Shown in pieces: positions 36,499 to 45,619 of a DNA stretch of 56,370 nt; position 1 is the stretch's first letter, and every line of letters begins with the position of its first letter. The stretch covers positions 1-56,370 of the forward strand of contig JAQUSB010000009.1 in assembly GCA_028715345.1 (NCBI GenBank), given 5' to 3'. Under the pieces are notes generated by a model. That model was not told the origin of the DNA. It was given only the letters and a program-made list of their open reading frames with translations, and searched no databases. The stretch comes from Candidatus Omnitrophota bacterium. Its GTDB lineage: Bacteria > Omnitrophota > Gorgyraeia > 2-01-FULL-45-10. The translations under genes and the position numbers were made by a program.

Positions 36499-38208
36499 TT
36501 ACTTTCTCACCGCTAAAAAATCACCTATGGCCAGGTAGTCGAGCCCGGAGCCAAGGTACATATTGACAGCGTCTTCGGGAGAGCAGACCATCGGCTCGCC
36601 TCTCCTGTTAAGGGACGTATTTATGAGGACCGGCACGCCGGTCTTGCCGAAAAACAGCTTTATCAGTTTGTAAAACCGCGGGTTGTCGCCCAGGCTGACC
36701 GTCTGCGGCCTCATCGTGCCGTCGACGTGTACAACCTCGGGGATGCGGTCTTTCCATTCTTTCGTAACGCGGAAACTCAGCGTCATAAAAGGCGCGTCGA
36801 TGTCCCTGCCTATTATCTCTGCGGCATGTTCGCGCAATATCGAAGGGCAGAACGGCCTCCATTTCTCTCTGAACTTCACCATCTCGTTTATGCGGTCGCT
36901 CGTGCCCGGGATGGTGGGGTTACCCAATATCGACCGGTTGCCGAGAGCACGCGGGCCGAATTCCATCCTGCCCTGGAACCATCCCACCACCAGCCCTTCG
37001 GCGAGCAGCCCGGCCACTTCTTCCTCTATGGAATCGGACTTTTTATACGCCAGATCCGCCCTCTTCAGCGCAGACTCTATCTGCGCGTTCGCATAAGACG
37101 GGCCGAGGTAGACGTCATTCATCGGCTTTATATTATCGCCGAGTGAATTGGCGGCGTAGACCGCCGCTCCGAGCGGCGTGCCGGCGTCATGCGATGCCGG
37201 CTGGACGAAGATATTCTTCACGAGCGGGTTTTCCACAAGTTTCCTGTTGAGCGAAACGTTAAGCGCGCACCCGCCGGCGAACACAAGATTGCCCGTCTTC
37301 ATAAGGCTCTCGCCCAGGTGATATCCCATCAGCTTTAATATTATATCTTCGAATATCTTCTGGGTAGCGGCCGCTATATGGATGTAAGGCTCTTCCAGGC
37401 CGTCGCCTTTCCTGGGCGGGCCGAAACGCTCGACCAGCTTTTTTGGTATCATTGCGCTCTTATCGAACCTGCGCGAGCGTATAGGCCATACGTAATCGGG
37501 GTTTACCTTGAAAGCCCTGCCGTCGCTGGATATGGCGAACGATAAGTCCGCCTTCGACGGGTCACCGTACGGCGCCATGCCCATCAATTTGTATTCCCCG
37601 TCATTGGGGTTGAACCCGAGATATGCCGTCATCGTGGAATAGAACCGGCCGAGGGAATCGGGAAGGTCGATCTCTTTTATCTTTTTGATCTTCCCTCCCC
37701 TGCCTTCCGCGAACAGGGTCGAGGTAAATTCACCCGAGCCGTCGATACTCATGACCGCCGCCTCGTCATAGCCGGATAACAGATACGCGCTCGCAGCGTG
37801 AGCCAGGTGATGTTCCACAAAAAATATCTTTTCGGGCGGCAGGATAATGCCGAAATGCTTCAGGAGGTCAAAGACAGCCTCGCGGGTCCTGACGGATTGT
37901 TTACCCGATTTCGCGACGGCCTTGTAAGCGCGGGAAGGTTCGGACAGCGCCGTTTTTAAAGCGTATTGCCATTTCTTTTTATTCAAAACATCGAACGACC
38001 ACGGGAACGCGACCGCGTCTATTTCATCGGCCGTGATACCCGCCTGCTTCAGGCAGAACTCTATCGATTTAAAACACGGCTTGCCTACGGCGTGTTTTTC
38101 CCTTATGAACCGTTCTTCCTCGGCAGCCGCGACGACCTTTCCGTCTATAACTATAGCCGCGGCCGGATCATGCAAAAATCCCGGCCCGCCGAAACCCAAT
38201 ACATTCAT
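36499..38208 (-). CDS. Carbamoyltransferase (NodU/CmcH family)
   Basis: The N-terminus MNVLGFGGPGFLHDPAAAIVIDGKVVAAAEEERFIREKH is typical of the family. 569 aa. Confidence 0.85.
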   Translation of the reverse strand: MNVLGFGGPGFLHDPAAAIVIDGKVVAAAEEERFIREKHAVGKPCFKSIEFCLKQAGITADEIDAVAFPWSFDVLNKKKWQYALKTALSEPSRAYKAVAKSGKQSVRTREAVFDLLKHFGIILPPEKIFFVEHHLAHAASAYLLSGYDEAAVMSIDGSGEFTSTLFAEGRGGKIKKIKEIDLPDSLGRFYSTMTAYLGFNPNDGEYKLMGMAPYGDPSKADLSFAISSDGRAFKVNPDYVWPIRSRRFDKSAMIPKKLVERFGPPRKGDGLEEPYIHIAAATQKIFEDIILKLMGYHLGESLMKTGNLVFAGGCALNVSLNRKLVENPLVKNIFVQPASHDAGTPLGAAVYAANSLGDNIKPMNDVYLGPSYANAQIESALKRADLAYKKSDSIEEEVAGLLAEGLVVGWFQGRMEFGPRALGNRSILGNPTIPGTSDRINEMVKFREKWRPFCPSILREHAAEIIGRDIDAPFMTLSFRVTKEWKDRIPEVVHVDGTMRPQTVSLGDNPRFYKLIKLFFGKTGVPVLINTSLNRRGEPMVCSPEDAVNMYLGSGLDYLAIGDFLAVRK

Positions 38209-38999
38209 CTTGCGCCCTTATCGTAATGTTCTTTATTCAATTCCCAGTATTTCGCGTATATGAGGAATCTCCTCCACGCCGAAAGCACGGCAAAGACCAG
38301 GCCATGTATGCCGTCTTTGCATCCCTGCCTTTTTATATACATCTTGAAAAAAAGTTTCGCCGGGCCGAACGTCAATTCCCGGCGCAGTTTCTTTTCGGGA
38401 ATAATACCGATCTTGTTAAATAAGGCCTTCGCCTCCAGAGTACTGTAAAAATCCTGCCTTACTACATACCGGCTTATATCGGGAAAATTATAATGCTCCA
38501 TGACCGCATCTATATCGCCTACAGACCCATCCACTTCCAATGCCTCGTCCATCCTGATATCCGACGCGGTAAAACGGGCCCTGCCCTTCTTAAAGAGACG
38601 CATAGGCCTGTGTGAATTCTCCCCGCCGAATTCCAGGAATTTACCGCAAAAATTGTTCGACCTTTTAAATCTGAAAGCCGCGTGTCCGGTCCCGCCGCGG
38701 AGTATCTCCAGTATCTTACATTTAAGTTCCGGCGTAACGGATTCATCCTGGTCCATCTGGAGGATCCAGTCGCCGGAAGAATTGTCTGTCCCCATGTTCC
38801 TCTGTTTCGTAAAATCGCCGTTCAATGGATTTATTATTATTTTATCCGTATATTTTTTTGCGACCGCCACCGTATCATCTTTCGAATTGTCATCCACGAT
38901 AACGATCTCATCGGCCCATTTGACGCTCTCCAGGCACCTGGCAACCATGTCCGCTTCATTTTTAGTCAGGATAACTACTGACAGCTTTTCTCTTTGCAT
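38205..38999 (-). CDS. GT2 glycosyltransferase (KdtX/WaaE-like), paralogue 2
   Basis: LSVVILTKNEADMVARCLESVKWADEIVIVDDNSKDDT. Collinear with the gene at 34688..35452. Confidence 0.75.
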   Translation of the reverse strand: MQREKLSVVILTKNEADMVARCLESVKWADEIVIVDDNSKDDTVAVAKKYTDKIIINPLNGDFTKQRNMGTDNSSGDWILQMDQDESVTPELKCKILEILRGGTGHAAFRFKRSNNFCGKFLEFGGENSHRPMRLFKKGRARFTASDIRMDEALEVDGSVGDIDAVMEHYNFPDISRYVVRQDFYSTLEAKALFNKIGIIPEKKLRRELTFGPAKLFFKMYIKRQGCKDGIHGLVFAVLSAWRRFLIYAKYWELNKEHYDKGAR

Positions 39000-40075
39000 T
39001 TCTTTTCTCTCACTATTTTCAACGCCTCCGGCGCAAAGGAGTCGGGATCGTTATTGAATACGATCTGCGCCGGAATAAAACGCGCGAGCGGTTTAGAAAA
39101 GGAATAGAAACTCTTATCGGCAGTGAATACGAAGTCCGTCTTCTTCTGCTGTTTTTTACTTCTATTGGACGCCAGATAAAATAACGCGGCTATATTAAAC
39201 AATGCGCCGCCGAATTTCAATACCTTCATATTTGTATGCTCATAAGGGACATTTTGTTTATCGCGCGTGATCACGATCACCTTATTCTGGTCCATGCACA
39301 TCTTTTTGAGAAGTTCTTTAGAGCCGGATACATCGCGCAGGACAAATACTATGCGCAGAGGATAGCCCCACCTCTTATAAAATATCCTGCCGTTACGGTC
39401 CATCAGCTCGGCTATCTTCTCCTGCTGCATGGTGCTCTTCATCGTCACGTTCCTGACGTGGTCGACAAAAGAGCCTTTAGCTTTCACGCACCTGTACCCG
39501 GCCTCGATCGCCTTCAGTGAATAGTCCCTGTCGTCGTAATATACCGGGATATATACCGGGTCGAACCCGCCTATCTTCTGCACCAGCTCGCGCTTAACGA
39601 CAAAACAGTGCCCCCTGCACCAGTCCATGTCTATGGTTTGTCCGCCGTATTTCTGTTTTAACTCCAGCGCATATTTATTTATATCGATACCTTCGGGCTT
39701 CTCCCATTCGGGGTTCACTATCCCGATCTCCGGGTCTTTTTCGAAGACACCCGCGATCTCGTCCATCCAGCCCTTGGTAAATACGGTGTCGTCGTTCTGG
39801 AACGACACGTATTCCGAATCTTTGGAAAACTCGAGGCCGTGATTTATAGACTTGACCCAGCCCAGGTTCTCTTCGGGCTTTATCAGGATCATATCCAGCC
39901 TGCCCGACTTCGCCATTTTCTTAAGGTAAGCGGACGCTTCTTCCGAATTACCGTTATCGATCGCTATCAGCCTGCAGGGATAATCGGACGACCCGATAAG
40001 GCTCTCGATGCAATTCTTTATGAGCTCTGTCTGCCCGCACGTCGGCAGTATTATGTCGCATCTTCTCACTGTCAT
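38975..40075 (-). CDS. GT2-like glycosyltransferase with C-terminal extension, paralogue C
   Basis: CDIILPTCGQTELIKNCIESL, AIDNGNSEE and QNDDT motifs. The C-terminal extension has a Lys-rich patch (KKQQKK). Confidence 0.65.
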   Translation of the reverse strand: MTVRRCDIILPTCGQTELIKNCIESLIGSSDYPCRLIAIDNGNSEEASAYLKKMAKSGRLDMILIKPEENLGWVKSINHGLEFSKDSEYVSFQNDDTVFTKGWMDEIAGVFEKDPEIGIVNPEWEKPEGIDINKYALELKQKYGGQTIDMDWCRGHCFVVKRELVQKIGGFDPVYIPVYYDDRDYSLKAIEAGYRCVKAKGSFVDHVRNVTMKSTMQQEKIAELMDRNGRIFYKRWGYPLRIVFVLRDVSGSKELLKKMCMDQNKVIVITRDKQNVPYEHTNMKVLKFGGALFNIAALFYLASNRSKKQQKKTDFVFTADKSFYSFSKPLARFIPAQIVFNNDPDSFAPEALKIVREKKCKEKSCQ

Positions 40076-41190
40076 ATTTTAAGCTTCATTTTCGCGAGCA
40101 TCTTATCGGCCTCGCCTACCATGTCGACCGACTCCGCCCGTTTTCCCCATTCGACCATTTCCCGCATACCGTCGTCGAAACTGACCGACGGCTTGAAACC
40201 GATCTTCCGTATCTTCGATATATCGGCAAAGCAGTGGCGGATATCGCCTATCCTGTATTCGTTCTTTATCGTAACGCGCGGCTCCTTCCCGTATAACCGG
40301 CTGAGCGTATTCGCTATGTCGAGTATGCTCACGGGCTTACCGCTTCCCACGTTGAAATACCGGTAATCCGCTTCCGCCGAATTCATAACAAGCATATTGG
40401 CCGCGGCAATGTCTTTGACGCTCACGAAGTCCCTGGTCTGTAAGCCGTCTTCGTAGATGAGCGCAGGGTTGTCATTTTTTATCCTCGACTGAAATATCGC
40501 GCAGACGCCCGTGTAGGGATTGGACAGGGACTGGCGCGGGCCGTAAACGTTAAAGAATCTCAAGGCGGTCACGGGCAATTTATACGCTTTGCCGAGATTA
40601 AGGACTATCTCTTCCTGGTCCTTTTTAGAAATGGCGTAAATGGAATTCGAGCGGAGCGTCTTCTCTTCCCCCGTCGGGACGGGTTTCAATATGCCTGAAC
40701 ATTTCGGGCAGGAATATTCCCATATCCTGTTCTTCAGGTCTTTTTCGCTGCGCTCTATCGGCTCGGACGGGCCGCATTTATCGCATTTATAGGCCCCTTC
40801 GCCGTATATGCTCATAGAACTGGCGACGACTACTTTGCGTATATTAAGGCTTGTCCTGTTCGATATGATATGCTCCATCAGGACGGCGGTGGCGCGCGTA
40901 TTATGATCTATGTATTTTTCGACCTGGTACATCGATTGCCCCACGCCGACCTGGGCGGCAAGATGGTATACCTCGTTCACCCCGTCCAGGGCTTTTTTAA
41001 GGTCTTTGGGGCTGCGGACGTCTCCTTTTATATATTCGGCGTTTTTGTTCAAATAATCGGGCTTCTTCCCCCGGTGCACCTGTTCTTCGAAAATATCCAG
41101 CACCCTGACCTTATATTTATTTTTTACCAATTCGTCGACTAAATGAGAGCCTATGAACCCCGCCCCTCCCGTAACCAGCACTTTTTCCAT
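40072..41190 (-). CDS. NAD-dependent sugar epimerase/dehydratase (extended SDR) with an inserted Cys4 zinc-ribbon-like segment
   Basis: VTGGAGFIGSH and the YAISK catalytic motif. CDKC...CPKC lies between the SSxxxYG strand and the YxxxK (residues 136-164). Confidence 0.75.
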   Translation of the reverse strand: MEKVLVTGGAGFIGSHLVDELVKNKYKVRVLDIFEEQVHRGKKPDYLNKNAEYIKGDVRSPKDLKKALDGVNEVYHLAAQVGVGQSMYQVEKYIDHNTRATAVLMEHIISNRTSLNIRKVVVASSMSIYGEGAYKCDKCGPSEPIERSEKDLKNRIWEYSCPKCSGILKPVPTGEEKTLRSNSIYAISKKDQEEIVLNLGKAYKLPVTALRFFNVYGPRQSLSNPYTGVCAIFQSRIKNDNPALIYEDGLQTRDFVSVKDIAAANMLVMNSAEADYRYFNVGSGKPVSILDIANTLSRLYGKEPRVTIKNEYRIGDIRHCFADISKIRKIGFKPSVSFDDGMREMVEWGKRAESVDMVGEADKMLAKMKLKI

Positions 41191-41200
41191 TCGGCCTTCC

Positions 41201-42334
41201 TTATTTTTTTATTTCCAGTATATCGTCAACGACCCGGGCTGCCTTCGATAGCATATCGTCCCCGGCCCCCACGAGGAAAACATCCGTCCTGTGTATGGGA
41301 TAGAAAAATCTCAAGACAGCCTCCGCGCCGCGGGTATCGACAAATACCGCGTCGTATTTTTTCCTTTTTTTCGTACCGAAAGAGCGTTCCAATAACCTCA
41401 ACAAAAGCTGAAGCGCCGGAAACGCGCCGGGCATGAAATTCGATTTTATATTCTGGTGCAGCGGCATATTTATCTTTTTGCCGGCAGACTTTATCCTGCC
41501 CCTGGCATCCGGTCGTCCGCCGAATACCCAGAAATTTATCCAGCACCACCGCCGCGCCAGATAGAGTATCGTCTTCAGGACGTTCCCCGCTTCGGCATCG
41601 CCGGCTCTTTCGCCCATAGAAAAACCGACGCCGATGCGCAGATGGCGCTGCCATTTCTTTAAATACTCCTGCTGCCCCTTTACGGTGAAACTGTCCCTGA
41701 CCCCGGCCGCTTTGAAAGAAACGTGTTCTTTGTGGTAGACGTACGCGGAATGGACGGACACGCACCTGTACCCGGCATTGCCCGCCCTCATCGAATAATC
41801 GGTATCATCATACCCGCCGATGCCGAAGGCCTCGTCCAAAAAGCCTATCTTATCTATTACTTCACGCTTGATGAGAGTGCAAAAGCCGAAGCACTGGTTC
41901 ATCTCCATATACTCGTCGCCGTTAGCGGCCACCTCTAAGGCATATGCATCCACCGTTTTACCCGAGTGCCCGTTGCAGAGAGGGTTCATGAGCCCTGCGT
42001 CTTCATGCCTCTCGGCAAACGAGACCAATTTACCGAGCCAGCCCGCTCCGGGCACGGTGTCATTATTCATAAGGCAGACATACGGCGCATCCGAAACTCG
42101 TAAGCCCTGGTTAACGGCTTTCACGTAACCGAGATTCTTCTCGTTACAGATAATAACGGTACCGGACGGGCCTGTCTTCTTCAGACTTTCCAGATAGCGT
42201 TTCGTTTCGAGATCGCTGCCGTTATCTATTATTATAAGCCTGTAAGGATAGTCGGTCGCCCTCACGATAGCTTCGACGCATTCTCTCGTCGAAGCGAGCT
42301 GGTTCCAGACAGGTATTATTATATCGCATTTCAT
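41201..42334 (-). CDS. GT2 glycosyltransferase with C-terminal extension, paralogue B
   Basis: MKCDIIIPVWNQLASTRECVEAI, IIDNGSDLET and NNDT motifs. The start is set at the ATG at 42334 (ATGA overlap with the GT9 gene). Its 5' 35 nt are near-identical to those of 35479..36495. Confidence 0.7.
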   Translation of the reverse strand: MKCDIIIPVWNQLASTRECVEAIVRATDYPYRLIIIDNGSDLETKRYLESLKKTGPSGTVIICNEKNLGYVKAVNQGLRVSDAPYVCLMNNDTVPGAGWLGKLVSFAERHEDAGLMNPLCNGHSGKTVDAYALEVAANGDEYMEMNQCFGFCTLIKREVIDKIGFLDEAFGIGGYDDTDYSMRAGNAGYRCVSVHSAYVYHKEHVSFKAAGVRDSFTVKGQQEYLKKWQRHLRIGVGFSMGERAGDAEAGNVLKTILYLARRWCWINFWVFGGRPDARGRIKSAGKKINMPLHQNIKSNFMPGAFPALQLLLRLLERSFGTKKRKKYDAVFVDTRGAEAVLRFFYPIHRTDVFLVGAGDDMLSKAARVVDDILEIKK

Positions 42335-43425
42335 TTTTTCAGGACGCTTTCGGCCGCGGCGAAAACGTCTTCCGCTGAGATACCGCTCAGGCAAGCCCGT
42401 TCTTCGCATTTTTTATATTTAAATTTTTTATAACACGGCCTGCAACCGAGATCTTTTTTGCAGACCACAATATGCTTTCCCCTGTCGGAGTAAGGGCCGT
42501 AAATTTTCTCATCCACCGGCCCGAATATCGAAACCGTATCCACTCCCAGCCCGACCGCCATATGCAGCGGCCCGCCGTCATTACTTATCACGAGCCGGCA
42601 CCTGGACATCAGGGCCGCCATTTCCGGTATAGAGGTCTTGCCGCAATGATCGATGATCTTGTTTTTCGATGCGCCCGCGATGGCAGCGCATATACCGGCT
42701 TCTTTCTTATTCCCGAATAGGATTATCCTGGCATTATATTTTTCTATCAGTTTATCGGCCAGGACGGTAAAGCTTTTCTTGTCCCACCTTCTGTATCCCG
42801 CGTCCGCGCCCCAGCTTGCGCCGCAGCCGGGCACTATACCTACGAGGAGGTCTCCGCGCCTGACGCCCAGATCGTTCAAGACCGCATCAGCCCGGCCGGC
42901 GAGCAGCGCCGGGACGTATATCTTTACGGATACTTTATCCTTCGCTGTGTCTATACCCAGGAATTTTAGGACTTCGAGGTAATAATCGACGACGTGCTTT
43001 TCATCGAAACCTTTTATGTCGATCCTGTCGGTGAGGAATCTCCCCCTGTTCTTGTAGTTTAAGCCTATCCTCTTTTTTATTCCGCTGATCATGGCGAACA
43101 GGGTATACTGGTATGCCAGTGAAAGGTCTATCAGTATATCGAACTTTTGTCTTTTTAATTCTCCGGCTGCGGAGAATATCCTTCTGAAATACCGGAACCT
43201 CGAGCGCTCCCACATATCCTTATATTCGTCTCTTTCATACACATATACCCTGTTCAAATTGGGATCGCTGCCGAGAAGCTCCAAAGACCTCCTGTTGCAG
43301 ATGTACGCTATGAAACTATCTGGGAATTTTTTCCGCAGTATCTCCGCGATAGGCGTGGAAAATATCACATCGCCTATCCCAAACGGGTTTATTATCAATA
43401 TCCTGGGATCCTTCTTTTTAATCAT
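42331..43425 (-). CDS. Glycosyltransferase family 9 (LPS heptosyltransferase-like)
   Basis: RILIINPFGIGDVIFSTP N-terminus and the C-terminal NDGGPLHMA motif. Confidence 0.8.
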   Translation of the reverse strand: MIKKKDPRILIINPFGIGDVIFSTPIAEILRKKFPDSFIAYICNRRSLELLGSDPNLNRVYVYERDEYKDMWERSRFRYFRRIFSAAGELKRQKFDILIDLSLAYQYTLFAMISGIKKRIGLNYKNRGRFLTDRIDIKGFDEKHVVDYYLEVLKFLGIDTAKDKVSVKIYVPALLAGRADAVLNDLGVRRGDLLVGIVPGCGASWGADAGYRRWDKKSFTVLADKLIEKYNARIILFGNKKEAGICAAIAGASKNKIIDHCGKTSIPEMAALMSRCRLVISNDGGPLHMAVGLGVDTVSIFGPVDEKIYGPYSDRGKHIVVCKKDLGCRPCYKKFKYKKCEERACLSGISAEDVFAAAESVLKK

Positions 43426-44398
43426 CCGACTTGAACCCTTTTATTATGTTAAGCAGCATATCATCGATACCGATATTCGGTTTAAATCCGGTAACGGACT
43501 TCAGCCTTGATATATCGGGCTCCCTGTGGCGCATATCTTCGAACCCTTCACGATAGGCTTTCGCGTAAGGTATATGTTTTATGGCGGAGGCCGAATGCGT
43601 CATAGACCGTATCTTCTTGGCCAGGGCGTTTATCGTCACTTTGTTCTCCGGGTTGCCTATATTGAATACACGGCCGTACGCTTTAGGGTTTTTAGACAGC
43701 AAGAGCACAGCCCTTACCGCGTCACTCACATCGCCGAAACAGCGCGTCTGCTTCCCGTCGCCGTAAATGGTGATCGGTTCGCCCGATAAGGCCTGGCGGA
43801 TAAATCTCGGGACGACCATCCCGTAGCGCCCCGTCTGCCTCGGGCCGCAGGTATTGAAGAACCTGCATATTATTACGGGTAACCTTTTCTCGCGCCGATA
43901 AGCAAGCGCCAAAAACTCATCGATGGCTTTCGCGCACGAATAACTCCACCTCGATCTCGTGGTCGAACCCAGGAGCCTGTCATCCTCCTCGCTGAATACA
44001 TGCTTTCCCGGCCTGTCCTTGCCGTATATTTCGGACGTCGAAGCAAGTATGACCTTTTTATTGCCAAATTCGCACGCCATGCCGAGAACAACATCCGTTC
44101 CTTTTATATTGGTCTTTATCGAGTCTATCGGATGCTCTATTATATATTTGACGCCCACCGCGGCCGCGAGATGGTATATGATATCGCAATCTTTTATAAG
44201 GCGTTTCATCAAACGCTTATTCAGTATCGTATCTTCATAAAATGAAAACCGGTTGTTCGATCTAAAACGGCTTATATTGTTCAGCCGTCCCGTAGAGAGA
44301 TCGTCTACCACCGTCACTTTATCGCCGTTCTTTAAAAGAGCTTCGGATAGATGCGAACCTATAAATCCCGCCCCGCCGGTAACAAGTGTTTTTGCCAT
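43418..44398 (-). CDS. NAD-dependent sugar epimerase/dehydratase (UDP-glucuronate decarboxylase-like extended SDR)
   Basis: VTGGAGFIGSH, the YSCAK catalytic motif and RFFNTCGPRQ. Confidence 0.7.
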   Translation of the reverse strand: MAKTLVTGGAGFIGSHLSEALLKNGDKVTVVDDLSTGRLNNISRFRSNNRFSFYEDTILNKRLMKRLIKDCDIIYHLAAAVGVKYIIEHPIDSIKTNIKGTDVVLGMACEFGNKKVILASTSEIYGKDRPGKHVFSEEDDRLLGSTTRSRWSYSCAKAIDEFLALAYRREKRLPVIICRFFNTCGPRQTGRYGMVVPRFIRQALSGEPITIYGDGKQTRCFGDVSDAVRAVLLLSKNPKAYGRVFNIGNPENKVTINALAKKIRSMTHSASAIKHIPYAKAYREGFEDMRHREPDISRLKSVTGFKPNIGIDDMLLNIIKGFKSDD

Positions 44399-44401
44399 TT
44401 G

Positions 44402-45619
44402 TCATCCTTCCTGTTCGGATATTGCGGCCACAGCCATGAGCAAGCCGGCGGACATCCAGAAAAGCGCCGCCAGCGGAAGAGAATACAGATTGGTGTCCAC
44501 GGAACTATGTATAAGGAACGCGACTAAACCCAATGCTATGCCTAAAGCAACGGAATAATACAGCGGGTCTTTCATGCGGTTTGCCGCCCTGAACCCTTTG
44601 ATCAAAACGGCGGCGATGAACGCGAGGAACGCCGTAAGTCCCGTTATGCCTGTATCGGAGGCCATCTGCAGATAACAGTTGTGGGCATAACTGCCGCGTA
44701 TGCCTCTATATTCATCGTTTCGGATCTTCATATATTCCGCATAGAAAGTATTCAGGCCGTTGCCGATGACAGGATGCTTCTTGAATATCTCCCAGCTATT
44801 CTGCCATATGACCCCGCGGTCCTCCATGGATTTCATGCTCAAGACCTGTGGAATACGCGATATATTAATAAGGAAAAAAGCCGCCAATAACACTAAAAAC
44901 AACACCGCGCCTATCTTCTTTAACCTGATCATCGAAAAAAGCCCTATAGAAGTGAAGAAACCTACAAGGGCTCCCCTGACATTTGTCAGCACCAGGGAGT
45001 AAAGCAAGCCTATCAGGATCACCGCATTTGTTATGCTCGCAATGATCCCGCCTCTTGCGAAAAAAGCGTAGATGCCCACCGGGAAGATGAACATTATCAG
45101 CCAGGCGGCATAGTCGTTCGGGAAAGGGAACGACGCCGTCGGCGCGCCAAGCGAATATTGGCTGCGCGCGAATACAGGATAAGAATGAAGAATGTCTATA
45201 GGATAAATATAATATTGGAAGAGGCCGTCCAAAATAACGATCCCGCATGATATGAGGGCCATCACGCACAACTCTTCGAGCTTCTTCCTTGTATTTATTA
45301 TCTCCTTAACGATAAGGAAAAGGGCCGCGAACTTGAGCGATTTCGAAAAAAGTGCCCTAAGGCTCAATTTCATGAACTCGGTATTGATGAGCGATAAGGC
45401 TGATGCTATCAGGAATATGGCTAACAATACATTCACGGCCGAGAAGTCCAGCGGCTTATCTTTTTTCAGCGCTTTCTTCAATACCACGGCTATAAGCGCG
45501 GTCACTATCGTTATCTCTATTACGGATTTAGCGAACGGCAGGGTAAAGACCAGGATATATAACGACAACTCCGCTATCCTGTCAAGTAACCGGCAGATTC
45601 TGTCTTTGTCTATCTTCAT
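44402..45619 (-). CDS. O-antigen ligase/polymerase family membrane protein (Wzy_C domain)
   Basis: At least 10 TM segments and a periplasmic loop with the RGSYAHNCYLQMASDTG pattern typical of WaaL/Wzy_C. Confidence 0.7.
   Translation of the reverse strand: MKIDKDRICRLLDRIAELSLYILVFTLPFAKSVIEITIVTALIAVVLKKALKKDKPLDFSAVNVLLAIFLIASALSLINTEFMKLSLRALFSKSLKFAALFLIVKEIINTRKKLEELCVMALISCGIVILDGLFQYYIYPIDILHSYPVFARSQYSLGAPTASFPFPNDYAAWLIMFIFPVGIYAFFARGGIIASITNAVILIGLLYSLVLTNVRGALVGFFTSIGLFSMIRLKKIGAVLFLVLLAAFFLINISRIPQVLSMKSMEDRGVIWQNSWEIFKKHPVIGNGLNTFYAEYMKIRNDEYRGIRGSYAHNCYLQMASDTGITGLTAFLAFIAAVLIKGFRAANRMKDPLYYSVALGIALGLVAFLIHSSVDTNLYSLPLAALFWMSAGLLMAVAAISEQEG

Noticed and set aside
35503-36516. 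337-aa plus-strand ORF
   Set aside because: It is antisense to a GT2 gene with clear catalytic motifs, and it has no start context or motifs of its own.
41226-41765. 179-aa Arg-rich minus-strand ORF in an alternative frame
   Set aside because: It is fully nested out of frame within the GT2 gene at 41201..42334. Its extreme Arg/Gly composition indicates a frame artefact.
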